Below, piece by piece: positions 18,714 through 27,757 of a DNA stretch of 64,000 nt. The position numbers and the translations under genes are program-made. The stretch comes from an uncultured Candidatus Saccharibacteria bacterium (GTDB taxonomy: Bacteria > Patescibacteriota > Minisyncoccia > Phycocordibacterales > JACOZG01). The notes under the pieces are model-generated. The model made no database searches. It was not told where the DNA came from and was given only the letters and a program-made list of their open reading frames with translations. The stretch's first letter is position 1; every line of letters begins with the position of its first letter. The stretch spans positions 23,838 to 87,837 of the forward strand of contig CAYUVV010000001.1 of assembly GCA_964448295.1 (NCBI GenBank). The letters run 5' to 3'.

Positions 18714-19442
18714 ATGACCGCTGACCACAATCATTACGAGGAACACCTGCTGGCTTGGGCGGCGAAAACTGGTTTGCCAATTCGCAATCGCAACCTGCTC
18801 GTTCAAGCTCTGACTCATCGCTCCTATTTGAATGAAAACCGCGATCAAAATTTGGCTCACAATGAACGTCTTGAGTTTTTGGGCGACGCGGTTTTGGAGT
18901 TGATTGTGACCAAATATCTTTACGAACAATTCCCAATGGAGACAGAGGGTGATCTTACTCGTTATCGCGCCGCGCTCGTCAACGCCGAAACCTTGGCTCT
19001 CGCCGCCGGCGAACTTGGTCTTAACGATTTTCTCCGTTTGTCGCGCGGCGAGGCACAGGCCGATGCCGGTCGCGGGCGGCGGGCAATTCTTGCCAACGCC
19101 TTTGAGGCCGTAGTGGGGGCGCTCTACTTGGATAGTGGTTATCAAGCCGTTGAAAATTTTTTGGCGCAAACCATTTTCCCGCGGGCGGCGGCGATGTTGG
19201 CGGATCGCTCTTGGCAAGACGCCAAGAGCCGTTTGCAGGAAGAGGCCCAAGCCAAACTTGGCATTACGCCGACGTATCAAGTTTTGGAAGCGGTCGGACC
19301 CGACCATGATAAAAGTTTCGCGGTAGGGATTTACTTGGGCGAGCGGTTAATCGCCAAAGGGTTGGGCCGGTCGAAGCAGGAAGCCGAGCAGGCCGCCGCC
19401 GCCGCGGCTTTAGCCAGTAATCATTGGGCGTCTCGTGCCTAA
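18714..19442 (+). CDS. rnc: Ribonuclease III
   Basis: RNase III signature ERLEFLGDAVLELIV plus a C-terminal dsRBD (KSRLQEEAQAKLGITPTYQVLE...GRSKQEAEQAAA). Confidence 0.9.
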   Translation: MTADHNHYEEHLLAWAAKTGLPIRNRNLLVQALTHRSYLNENRDQNLAHNERLEFLGDAVLELIVTKYLYEQFPMETEGDLTRYRAALVNAETLALAAGELGLNDFLRLSRGEAQADAGRGRRAILANAFEAVVGALYLDSGYQAVENFLAQTIFPRAAAMLADRSWQDAKSRLQEEAQAKLGITPTYQVLEAVGPDHDKSFAVGIYLGERLIAKGLGRSKQEAEQAAAAAALASNHWASRA

Positions 19443-21594
19443 TTTACAATCTCTTACTCTCCACGGGTTTAAGTCTTTTGGCCTCAAAACTGAATTCAAG
19501 TTTTCGGCGCCGGTTACGGCCATTGTTGGCCCCAATGGTTCGGGCAAGTCCAATGTGGCCGAGGCCTTCCGTTTCGTCTTGGGCGAACAGTCATTGCGGG
19601 CCCTGCGTGGTCGTCGGGGCGAAGACCTTATCTGGAACGGCTCGTCGCCGCGAGTGGCGCAGGCCGCGGTGACGATAGCGTTGGATAATTCTGACCGGCG
19701 TTTCCCGATCGATTTTTCGGAACTAACCATTGGTCGGGAAGTGGGTCGTGACGGCGTTAATTTTTATTTTTTGAATGGGCATCGTGTGCTCTGGCGAGAA
19801 ATCCATGAATTGTTGTTGACGGCCGCCTTGCCACCTTCCGGCTACCACTTGATTAGTCAGGGAGAGGCCGACCGCCTAATTTCGGCGGATGTGGTTGAGC
19901 GGCGAGCTTTGGTGGAAGAAGCGCTTGGCCTTCGCCTATATCAGTGGAAGCTCAACGAGAGCGAGAAAAAACTGGCGCGAACTCGAGACAACGCCAAACA
20001 GGTTGAGTCTCTTCGCCGTGAACTGGCGCCGCATTTGCGTTTCTTGCGTCGCGAGGTTGAAAAAATGCGTCAAGCTGATGAGTGGCGCGCGACGTTGAAA
20101 CGCCTCTACCTCGATTATTTCAAAGCCGAGACCCATTATTGGCGCGCGCAGGCGGCGAAAATTCGCGATAAGCTTACTGGTTTGGAGCGACGTCTCGAGG
20201 AGGCGAAACAAAAACTAGCTGTCGCGCCGACGACGGAAGGCGAGATCCAAGTAGTTTGGCGAGCCGCTCGGGAAAAATTGGCGCAGGCGCGCGCGGCTTG
20301 GCAGGTGCGCGTCGCGGAATTGGCGCGGCGTCGCGGGCGTCTCGAGGCGGTGGCCGAATTGGAGGCGCGCCGGACGGCAGTGGTTTCAGGCGCAGAAACG
20401 ATTTCGCGCTCGCGTTGGGAGGCTTGGATCGAGGGTTGGAGACTCTGGCTCGGTCGTTTGCGACAGGTCGCCGCTCTCGAGGCCCTGCCCCCACTGCTCG
20501 CCGAAGCGGAAAAATATTTGGCCGCATGGCCGGCCTCGGCTAATTCTTCCGATGCTTCTCTTGCCGTCTTGACGTCGGCGGAAGCCGCTTTGCGCGCCGA
20601 GGATGAGGAGCTGGCCGCAAAAGAGAAGGCGCTGGAGGAAAAGATTGAAACCGAGCGCCGAGCTTGGCAGGCGGCGGAAACCGAGCGTTGGCAAGTGACG
20701 TCCGTTTGCCAAACGATCGAAGCCGAGCTCGTTTTGGAACGGGAGAAATCAGCGGAAGCCGCCGCCGCCCTCGCGCGTTTGGCGCGCGAGGGTGAAGAAG
20801 CAGCCGCCCTGATTGACCGCGAAGTGCTCGATTTCGAATCTCTCGCCGTTATTGACGCGACGGCGGGAGCGGATCGCCAAGCCCAAGAGCGTCGCTGGCG
20901 CGAATTAGAAAAGTTGAAATTGCGTCTGGAAGATTTGTCGGTCGGTGGTGCCGACACCTTGAAAGAGTTTAAAGACACAATTTCTCGCGACGAGTATCTC
21001 GCTACCGAGCTGGACGATCTGACGGCGGCTACCACTGAGCTGGAAAAAGTTCGCCTGGATTTGCTTGAAAAAATCGCCCGCGAATTTAAAGATGGTCTGC
21101 AGAAAATCAATCAAGCATTTCAAGAGTTTTTTCAGTTGATGTTTGGCGGTGGCGAGGCCGCCCTGATTTTAACGGAAAAACCTACGCGTCGCCGACGTTT
21201 AACCGATAGCGACAGCGGCGAGGAAGACGTTGTTGAGACGGGCATTGATATCAAGCTCAATTTGCCACGCAAACGCGTGCGCGGTTTGGAAATGCTGTCG
21301 GGCGGCGAGCGTTCGCTGGTGTCCATAGCGTTGCTGTTTGCTTTATCGCAGGTCAAACCACCGCCTTTTCTCGTGCTCGACGAAACCGACGCCGCTCTCG
21401 ATGAGTCCAACTCGCGGAAATACGGTGAGGTGATTGAGAGCCTGTCGCGCCGGTCGCAGTTAATTTTGATTACTCACAACCGCGAAACTATGAGTCGTGC
21501 TGGTGTGATCTATGGCGTGACGATGAATCAGAGCGGCTGTTCCCAATTGCTCTCGATCAAGTTCGACGACGCCCTTTCTTACGCCAAGGCCTAA
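19435..21594 (+). CDS. smc: SMC-family chromosome segregation ATPase, short form with no recognisable hinge
   Basis: N-terminal Walker A (GPNGSGKSN within the SMC-type N-terminus), C-terminal signature LSGGERSLVSIALLFAL and Walker B LVLDETDAALD. The middle ~450 aa is A/E/R-rich coiled coil only. 719 aa. Confidence 0.65.
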   Translation: MPNLQSLTLHGFKSFGLKTEFKFSAPVTAIVGPNGSGKSNVAEAFRFVLGEQSLRALRGRRGEDLIWNGSSPRVAQAAVTIALDNSDRRFPIDFSELTIGREVGRDGVNFYFLNGHRVLWREIHELLLTAALPPSGYHLISQGEADRLISADVVERRALVEEALGLRLYQWKLNESEKKLARTRDNAKQVESLRRELAPHLRFLRREVEKMRQADEWRATLKRLYLDYFKAETHYWRAQAAKIRDKLTGLERRLEEAKQKLAVAPTTEGEIQVVWRAAREKLAQARAAWQVRVAELARRRGRLEAVAELEARRTAVVSGAETISRSRWEAWIEGWRLWLGRLRQVAALEALPPLLAEAEKYLAAWPASANSSDASLAVLTSAEAALRAEDEELAAKEKALEEKIETERRAWQAAETERWQVTSVCQTIEAELVLEREKSAEAAAALARLAREGEEAAALIDREVLDFESLAVIDATAGADRQAQERRWRELEKLKLRLEDLSVGGADTLKEFKDTISRDEYLATELDDLTAATTELEKVRLDLLEKIAREFKDGLQKINQAFQEFFQLMFGGGEAALILTEKPTRRRRLTDSDSGEEDVVETGIDIKLNLPRKRVRGLEMLSGGERSLVSIALLFALSQVKPPPFLVLDETDAALDESNSRKYGEVIESLSRRSQLILITHNRETMSRAGVIYGVTMNQSGCSQLLSIKFDDALSYAKA

Positions 21595-21606
21595 ATTTTA
21601 AACAAC

Positions 21607-23574
21607 TTATCGGGGTACCAATTCAAAATCGATTTGGCGTTCGGGGAGATTAACGCCAACAACCTTCACGCGGATTTTGTCGCCGAGGCGGAAACGTCGT
21701 CCGTGCCGTTCGCCGACGATAGCGTAATTTTTTTCGTCGAAAACAAAAAAGTCATCACCCAAGGCGCCGATGCGCACCAACCCGTCGGCGAGCGTTTCTT
21801 CCTCTTGCACGAAGAGACCCCACTTCGCGAGTCCGGAAATCACACCGGAAAAAACTTGACCCACGCGTTCGGCCATATATTCCACCTGTTTATATTTTAT
21901 GGAATCACGCTCGGCTTCTGCCGCTTCTTGTTCCTTGAGCGAGGCGTAAATTACCTGCCGATCATACTGCTCGAGTAAATCCGCTGGCGGTTTTTGGTTA
22001 TGCAAATAATAATCGAGCAAGCGGTGGACCATTATGTCTGGATAACGGCGGATCGGAGAGGTGAAGTGCGTATAGTGGGCGAAAGCCAAACCGTAGTGAC
22101 CGATATTTTGCGTTGAGTAAACGGCCTTGGCCATGGTGCGCATTAGGGCGGTGTTGATCAACTGTTCTTCCGGTCGGCCGGCGGCTCGTCGCAAAAAATC
22201 ATTGATTGTTTTCGAATTTACTTGGCCGTTGCGGTGCTCCAATTTGTAGCCGAGCGAGCCGAGAAAATTGGCCAATTGTTCTAGGCGCTCGGCATCGGGC
22301 GCGTCGTGAATGCGGTATACAAACTGGTGTTTGCTGTTTTTAATGTGCCGGGACGCAAACTCAGCCACCAGACGATTGGCGAGCAACATAAAATCTTCGA
22401 TTAAGAGATGAGCATCTTGACGCTTTTTGCGGATAACCCGGAGCGGACGACCGTGTTTATCAAGTTCAAATTTGATCTCGTCTTTCTCGAACGCGATCGC
22501 TCCGTTGGCAAACTTTTCTTGGCGCAAGGTCAAAGCCAGACGGTTGAGGTCAAGCAGGGCTTCGCGATGTTCCGATTTTCCACCCTCCAAAACGGCTTGA
22601 GCCGCTTCGTAACTAAAGCGTTTGATCGAGCGGATAATGGTTCGTCCGATCCAGCGTTCAACGATCTGGTTTCGAGAGTCAAAAATAACGATCACCGAAA
22701 AAGCTAATTTGTCTTCGTCTGGATTCAAACTGCAGAGGTCGTTCGAAAGTATTTCCGGCAACATCGGGATGGTGCGGTCCACGAGATAGATCGAAGTGGC
22801 GCGGCGCGCGGCCTCGGCATCGAGCGCGCCGCCCGGCTTGAGGTAGTGAGCCGGATCGGCGATATGGATGCCCACTTCGGTTTGACCGTTTTCCAACCGG
22901 CGCCAAGAAATGGCATCGTCAAAGTCTTTGGCGTCGTCTGGATCAATAGTAAAGGTGACGACGCCGCGGCAATCGCGGCGGTTTTTGACTTCCGCCGTGA
23001 GGTCAGTGGCGGCGGCAGCCTTGATTTGCTCCGCTTCGGTTTGGGCCGCGGCCGGGAAGGCGAGCGCGAAGCCACGCGCCAAAACGATCGCCCGCATTTC
23101 CGTTTCGTGCTCGCCCGCTTGGCCGATATCTTCCCGCACCTCGGCGATCGGTTCTTTTTTGGAATCGTCCCAAACCCGGAGTCGGGCGAGCGCCTTGTGC
23201 CCGGGTTTGGCGCCGTTCAAGCTTTCTGGCGGCAAAAGGAAATCCCGATAGATCCGCCGATCGTCGGGGCGGAGAAAATAAAAACCGTTTTGTTGTTCAA
23301 TTGTCCCGACGAAATCTATTCGCGCTCGTTCAAGGATGGCGCTAACCTCGCCGCTGTAACGCGTTTCCGCGCGGCCGCGGAAAGTGCGGCGTTCCGGCGG
23401 ATAGAGGAGCACGCGAACACGGTCGCCGGGTAGGGCTGTGTTCAAATTAGCTGTTTCAATCTCGACGGCGGGGGAGTCTGGCCGCCGTTTTTTCCCTTCG
23501 ACCGCTGGTTCGAGATCAACGTAGCCAATACCTTTGCCGGAGATGCGGATTTCACCCTCAATTTGGTTTTTCAC
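21607..23574 (-). CDS. rnr: Ribonuclease R / RNase II-family 3'-5' exoribonuclease
   Basis: N-terminal OB folds, a central RNB catalytic domain and a C-terminal S1 domain (FSGVISGLAKWGLFVQEE...). Confidence 0.8.
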   Translation of the reverse strand: MKNQIEGEIRISGKGIGYVDLEPAVEGKKRRPDSPAVEIETANLNTALPGDRVRVLLYPPERRTFRGRAETRYSGEVSAILERARIDFVGTIEQQNGFYFLRPDDRRIYRDFLLPPESLNGAKPGHKALARLRVWDDSKKEPIAEVREDIGQAGEHETEMRAIVLARGFALAFPAAAQTEAEQIKAAAATDLTAEVKNRRDCRGVVTFTIDPDDAKDFDDAISWRRLENGQTEVGIHIADPAHYLKPGGALDAEAARRATSIYLVDRTIPMLPEILSNDLCSLNPDEDKLAFSVIVIFDSRNQIVERWIGRTIIRSIKRFSYEAAQAVLEGGKSEHREALLDLNRLALTLRQEKFANGAIAFEKDEIKFELDKHGRPLRVIRKKRQDAHLLIEDFMLLANRLVAEFASRHIKNSKHQFVYRIHDAPDAERLEQLANFLGSLGYKLEHRNGQVNSKTINDFLRRAAGRPEEQLINTALMRTMAKAVYSTQNIGHYGLAFAHYTHFTSPIRRYPDIMVHRLLDYYLHNQKPPADLLEQYDRQVIYASLKEQEAAEAERDSIKYKQVEYMAERVGQVFSGVISGLAKWGLFVQEEETLADGLVRIGALGDDFFVFDEKNYAIVGERHGRRFRLGDKIRVKVVGVNLPERQIDFELVPR

Positions 23575-23621
23575 TGAGTGAATATAGCATGGTCAACTTA
23601 TGCTTGACAAAAGTTTTTTAA

Positions 23622-24149
23622 TTGGGAAAATGTAGTGTGGAGATTAAGGACCTTTCATTAACTGGAGGATTCGTGATGCCAATAATGACGAGAGCGGTTC
23701 CCGGGAGGGTGAAAAAGGGACAAGTGAACTGGCCGGCTGTGCGTGTTTTATTGAAAGACGTATATCCAAATGTCGAATTCGTAATAGGAGGAATCGTTGC
23801 CGGTCTACCAATGACGATGGGCTGGAAGTTGATTCCGCCGCAGGACGGAGCTAATGCCGCAATCGAGTTGTATTGCTGGTTCCCGGTTGGTCCGGCGGGC
23901 TCGGGCAGGCGGAAAATCAATTCTGCCGATAGCTGGGCCATGGCAATTCCGGGTCTAGATCGGGCTCGATTTATCGAGCCCACCGAACAGGAATTGGAAG
24001 TTCTGGGCAAAACCGTTTTGCGTCTCGTCAATAATTTTCCCAACCTTAGGATCCGCAAGGCCGGTTGGAAAGGACGGGATAACTTGGTGGAGGCGGGTAT
24101 TTATCTGTATAAAATCCTGCCCAAACCGATGCCCACTTTTCCCTCTTGA
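23622..24149 (+). CDS. Hypothetical protein
   Basis: 175-aa ORF divergent from rnr. No recognisable motif. Confidence 0.35.
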   Translation: MGKCSVEIKDLSLTGGFVMPIMTRAVPGRVKKGQVNWPAVRVLLKDVYPNVEFVIGGIVAGLPMTMGWKLIPPQDGANAAIELYCWFPVGPAGSGRRKINSADSWAMAIPGLDRARFIEPTEQELEVLGKTVLRLVNNFPNLRIRKAGWKGRDNLVEAGIYLYKILPKPMPTFPS

Positions 24150-24174
24150 CAGAATACACGCAGTATGCTACACT
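24146..24174 (+). promoter_or_regulatory. Near-consensus sigma70-type promoter (TTGACA-17-TACACT)
   Basis: TTGACA at 24146-24151, a 17-nt spacer, and TACACT at 24169-24174. It sits upstream of a hairpin leader and a small ORF. Confidence 0.5.
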
Positions 24175-24251
24175 GGATGGTAGCTAGACGGTACCTTGGT
24201 TTTTGAGCTGTGTTGGCTTGAAAAATCAAGGTTTTGACATGGAGGTGTGCG

Positions 24252-24359
24252 ATGGAAGGTCTTACTTTGGGAGAGATCGTATATTTGGCCGGGAACGGAT
24301 TTTCCTGTGCCATTCGTTGGCTTTTGGATCATGGGCTTGGCGACATGATTCCTGACTAA
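24252..24359 (+). CDS. Putative 35-aa small protein (MEGLTLGEIVYLAGNGFSCAIRWLLDHGLGDMIPD)
   Basis: GGAGGTG SD lies 5 nt upstream of the ATG. Preceded by a consensus-like promoter and a leader hairpin (CCTTGGTTTTT...AAAAATCAAGG), and followed by a terminator. Confidence 0.35.
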   Translation: MEGLTLGEIVYLAGNGFSCAIRWLLDHGLGDMIPD

Positions 24360-24382
24360 CGGGGAGTATTTTTCGCCTTTTC

Positions 24383-24426
24383 CCCGCCCGTTTTTTGCCT
24401 TGTTGGCAAACCGGGCGGGTTTTTTC
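24383..24426 (+). terminator. Rho-independent terminator
   Basis: Stem CCCGCCCG / CGGGCGGG with an inner TGCC/GGCA helix, followed by TTTTTT. Confidence 0.6.
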
Positions 24427-24465
24427 TTGCCAAAACAGGGTGGCTGTGCTAACTTTTCGTGAATT

Positions 24466-24795
24466 ATGGTAAAACTGCGTTTGCAGAGAGTTGGTCGCAA
24501 GCGGGAACCGGCGTACCGTGTGGTGGCGATGGATTCGCGCCGCGCCGCGAAGAGTGGTCGCGTGCTTGAGGTGCTTGGCGCGCACGACGCGCGCCGCGGC
24601 CGCCCGGTTTTAAAAGCCGAGCGCGTGCGCTACTGGCTCGGGGTAGGCGCCCAACCGTCGGTGACGGTGCATAATTTTCTCGTGGACGCGAAGATAATTG
24701 ACGGAGCGAAAAAAGACGCTCGTCCGCCGCGCCCGCCGAAAACGGAAACTGTCGTACCGGCTGAGTCTGCGGCCCCCGCGCCGGCCGCCGCCTAG
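24466..24795 (+). CDS. rpsP: 30S ribosomal protein S16
   Basis: MVKLRLQRVGRKREPAYRVVAMDSR. Confidence 0.9.
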   Translation: MVKLRLQRVGRKREPAYRVVAMDSRRAAKSGRVLEVLGAHDARRGRPVLKAERVRYWLGVGAQPSVTVHNFLVDAKIIDGAKKDARPPRPPKTETVVPAESAAPAPAAA

Positions 24796-24895
24796 TTTTT
24801 GACTTTTATCTCTTTCGGTATTACACTAGTAAACTGGTAGTATCAGTCGAGTGACTACACCTTATAAGATTTTAGAACGATAAGTAAACAACACT

Positions 24896-25219
24896 ATGGC
24901 CGAAATTTTTTCCGATCAGGCGTTTTTGGAGCAGGTAGTTAAAGCGCTGGTGGATAATCCCAATGACGTTAAGATCAATCGCAAAGTAGACGAGATGGGA
25001 GTGCTCATTACCCTCGACGTTAATCCGGCGGATATGGGCAAGGTGATTGGCCGTCAAGGCAACACCGCCAAGGCGATCCGGACGCTCCTGCGGGTGGTGG
25101 GGATGAAAAATAATGCCCGCGTTAATTTGAAGATCAATGAACCGGCTGGCGGTTCACGCCCGACGAGCGCTACCGCCTCGATGGACGAGGTGATGGCCGA
25201 CATCAAAAACGAGGAGTAG
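24896..25219 (+). CDS. KH-domain RNA-binding protein (UPF0109/YlqC-like)
   Basis: KH core VIGRQGNTAKAIRTLLRVVG. It occupies the conserved position between rpsP and trmD. Confidence 0.8.
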   Translation: MAEIFSDQAFLEQVVKALVDNPNDVKINRKVDEMGVLITLDVNPADMGKVIGRQGNTAKAIRTLLRVVGMKNNARVNLKINEPAGGSRPTSATASMDEVMADIKNEE

Positions 25220-25224
25220 GCGCC

Positions 25225-25899
25225 TTGTTGACCGTTCACATCGTTACGCTTTTCTACGAGGCCATTGCTCCCTATCTGGAGGCCTCGATTCTTGGCCGCG
25301 CCGTTCGGGCGCGGCTCGTGCGTTTTCAACTCTGGAATTTAAAAGATTTTGCCGAAAAAGCGCCGTCGGGTCGAATTACTCGTCGGGTTGACGACAAGGC
25401 CTATGGCGGTGGGCCAGGGATGGTTTTGCGCGCCGAGCCCATGCTTCGGGCCGCTGAAAAAATTTTCCGGAGTTACAACAACCAAACCAAACCGCGAGTA
25501 ATAATTTTTTCGCCGGCCGGTAAACAGTTTGAGCAAAAACTAGCGGGCCGTTGGGCCAAGCAGAAACGCGACCTTATTCTCATTGCCGGCCGCTATGAGG
25601 GAGTGGATGCGCGGGTTAAAAAAATTTTGCGAGCGGAATTGGTTTCGATTGGCCCTTACGTTTTGGCTGGCGGAGAGTTACCGGCCCTGGTTGTGGCCGA
25701 GGCCGTGGCTCGGCACTTGCCCGGCGTTTTGGGCGACCCCGAGTCGCTTGAAGAAAGGCGCGTGGCTTCGCCCGAGGTTTACACTAGGCCCGAAGTGCTC
25801 GAATACCACGGCCGCCGTTACCGCGTGCCCAAAGTTCTTCTCTCCGGCCACCATCGGGAGATAGAAGAGTGGCGACTTGATAAAAAGGACGAGATTTGA
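25225..25899 (+). CDS. trmD: tRNA (guanine37-N1)-methyltransferase
   Basis: ILIAGRYEGVDARV and SIGPYVLAGGELPALVVAEAVARHLPGVLG (SPOUT knot region). Confidence 0.9.
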   Translation: MLTVHIVTLFYEAIAPYLEASILGRAVRARLVRFQLWNLKDFAEKAPSGRITRRVDDKAYGGGPGMVLRAEPMLRAAEKIFRSYNNQTKPRVIIFSPAGKQFEQKLAGRWAKQKRDLILIAGRYEGVDARVKKILRAELVSIGPYVLAGGELPALVVAEAVARHLPGVLGDPESLEERRVASPEVYTRPEVLEYHGRRYRVPKVLLSGHHREIEEWRLDKKDEI

Positions 25900-25919
25900 C
25901 ATATCACAAAAAGAGAAAA

Positions 25920-25958
25920 GGGGTTACCCACGGTATGTTGTGGATAACCCCAATTTTT
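25920..25958 (+). terminator. Rho-independent terminator after trmD
   Basis: Stem GGGGTTACCCAC / GTGGATAACCCC with 1 mismatch, then AATTTTTG. Confidence 0.55.
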
Positions 25959-26022
25959 GCGACCGCCTTCGGCGGAATTCAAGGAATCAAGAGACCCAAG
26001 AATTCCAGACCTCAAGGGTCGA

Positions 26023-26910
26023 TTACTGCGGAAGGAAGGCCGACACCGAGCCATAGTAGGCGCGGGCATCGTCGAACCAGTCGGCGCTGAACACGACCTC
26101 GCCGTCGTAGAAGTGGAAGAACGGCGCGAACGAGAAGCCGCCATCGGCATCCGGAGCGAACTCGTCGCCGGCGCAGTCGGTGTCCAGCTCCTCCCAGCGG
26201 ACGTACCGCTCGGGGTGAACCAGAGCCATGCATCCGACAGCGAACGCACCGAGACCGAACTCGTTGCCGACGAAGCACTCGCGTGCCCGGCGGGTGGAAC
26301 GTCCACGATGGCGCATTCCGTACTGAGCCGCCACGATCAGGATGTCGCCCTTCTGCGTCTCGGCGAGCTTGCCGAGGGCATTGAGCGTCCTCACGTGCTG
26401 GCGCAGACGGTTCGGCGTGATCTCGCCCTCCCGGTAGTTGTAGAACTTCCGGGACTTGCCGATCCGTTCGAGCACGAGCTCAACGGCACGGCAGTAGTGG
26501 TCAGCCGGGTCGGTCACCTCGGGGAAGTGCTTGGTAGCTACGGCGTCCACCGTCGGAATGGCGAACCACCCTTCGGCGCCCATCGGGAGTTCCGGCAAGG
26601 TCTTGGCGAATTCGAGCGCATGGCTCGAATCGAGACCAAGGATCTCGGCGATGGCCTTGATCTGGTCGTTGATCGGCTTCGGACCCCGGTACTCACGCGG
26701 GTACGTGTAGCCCGTCTCGACCTCCTCGTCGGCGAACTGGTTGGTGATGGAGTGCTTCTCGATGAGCTCTTTCAAGCCCACCTGGAATTCTCCGCCGTTT
26801 TCGATGACGCGCTGAGCACCATCCTTGTCGAGGCGCAGGGCGTCGAGCCCGTCCTCCATGAGCCGAACGACTTGCTTGCGTTGGTTCGACGTGATCGATT
26901 TTGTCGTCAT
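26023..26910 (-). CDS. Hypothetical protein, visibly higher G+C than its surroundings (candidate horizontally acquired gene)
   Basis: 295-aa ORF with strongly G/C-biased third codon positions, unlike its neighbours. No recognisable motif. Confidence 0.5.
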   Translation of the reverse strand: MTTKSITSNQRKQVVRLMEDGLDALRLDKDGAQRVIENGGEFQVGLKELIEKHSITNQFADEEVETGYTYPREYRGPKPINDQIKAIAEILGLDSSHALEFAKTLPELPMGAEGWFAIPTVDAVATKHFPEVTDPADHYCRAVELVLERIGKSRKFYNYREGEITPNRLRQHVRTLNALGKLAETQKGDILIVAAQYGMRHRGRSTRRARECFVGNEFGLGAFAVGCMALVHPERYVRWEELDTDCAGDEFAPDADGGFSFAPFFHFYDGEVVFSADWFDDARAYYGSVSAFLPQ

Positions 26911-26967
26911 CGTCTACCTCCTGTGTTTTGAATTTACCGGAATCGCCCGGCAATCGGCTTTCCTCAA

Positions 26968-27022
26968 CATGAGGCGAGCGTGGTGGCTGTAAATGGCTTA
27001 TAACCACTACGCTTGCCTCATA
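26968..27022 (+). other. Long imperfect hairpin (18-bp stem, 17-nt loop) in a 470-nt non-coding region
   Basis: CATGAGGCGAGCGTGGTGG ... CCACTACGCTTGCCTCATA. The stem includes two G-U pairs that form only in a plus-strand RNA. Confidence 0.5.
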
Positions 27023-27354
27023 ATTAAGCCCTTTTTAAGGTACTAAATAATCGTGTAATCATAGCAAAAAACTGTCTTTCTGTCAAAACCATCACATGAG
27101 TCCCTCTAACGTGCTAAAATAGCATTGAGTATAGGCTAATGTACAGTCGTCTACGGATTACTGTCGCCGAACTCTCTCATCAAGAGAAAACAACCAGAAA
27201 CGGATTCTCCGACAGCTAAGTAAAAAGATTGAGCAACGAGAGAACGGGTTGATAACTGACAAAAATTTTAAGGCTTCTTTTAATTCTCACCTGGGTGTTT
27301 TGTCTCATTGCAATGGCTATTAGTTGGCAGAGAATTTGAAAAATTGGGGATGGG

Positions 27355-27383
27355 TTGACCAATCAAATAGGGTGCGCTAGGAT
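27355..27383 (+). promoter_or_regulatory. Candidate promoter TTGACC-17-TAGGAT directly upstream of rpsS (near-leaderless)
   Basis: The -10 hexamer ends 9 nt before the rpsS ATG at 27393. Confidence 0.4.
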
Positions 27384-27392
27384 GTGCGGGCT

Positions 27393-27746
27393 ATGACTCG
27401 ATCATTGCGCAAGGGGCCGTTTACGGACCCCAAGCTTTTAAAAAAGATTACTGGTCGCAAGCCGGCCGAGGTTGGCGTGGTCAAGACTTGGTCGCGGGCC
27501 TCGCAAATCAGCCCCGAAATGATCGGGTTTACTTTCGGCGTGCACAACGGTCGCGAGCATCGGCCGGTGCTCGTGACGGAGGAAATGGTTGGCCACCGCT
27601 TGGGCGAATTTTCTTTTACTCGAAAATTTGTCCGGCATGGCGGTAAAATGCAGAAAGAACTGGAGCAAAAGAAGCGCGACGCGGAGATTGCCGCCGCCAA
27701 AGCGGCGCGTGAAGCCGGCGCCGATAGCGCTGCCGCCAAGGCTTAG
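27393..27746 (+). CDS. rpsS: 30S ribosomal protein S19, with a K/A-rich C-terminal extension
   Basis: [10 protein letters not shown]... and NGREHRPV. The track ORF starts at a GTG at 27384. No rplB or rplW lies upstream. Confidence 0.9.
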   Translation: MTRSLRKGPFTDPKLLKKITGRKPAEVGVVKTWSRASQISPEMIGFTFGVHNGREHRPVLVTEEMVGHRLGEFSFTRKFVRHGGKMQKELEQKKRDAEIAAAKAAREAGADSAAAKA

Positions 27747-27757
27747 TTTGTTGTTTT

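Noticed and set aside
20136-21110. 324-aa ORF antisense to the smc-like gene (Ala/Ser/Arg-rich)
   Set aside because: Low-complexity translation of the GC-rich coiled-coil-coding region on the opposite strand. The sense-strand SMC has clear motifs.
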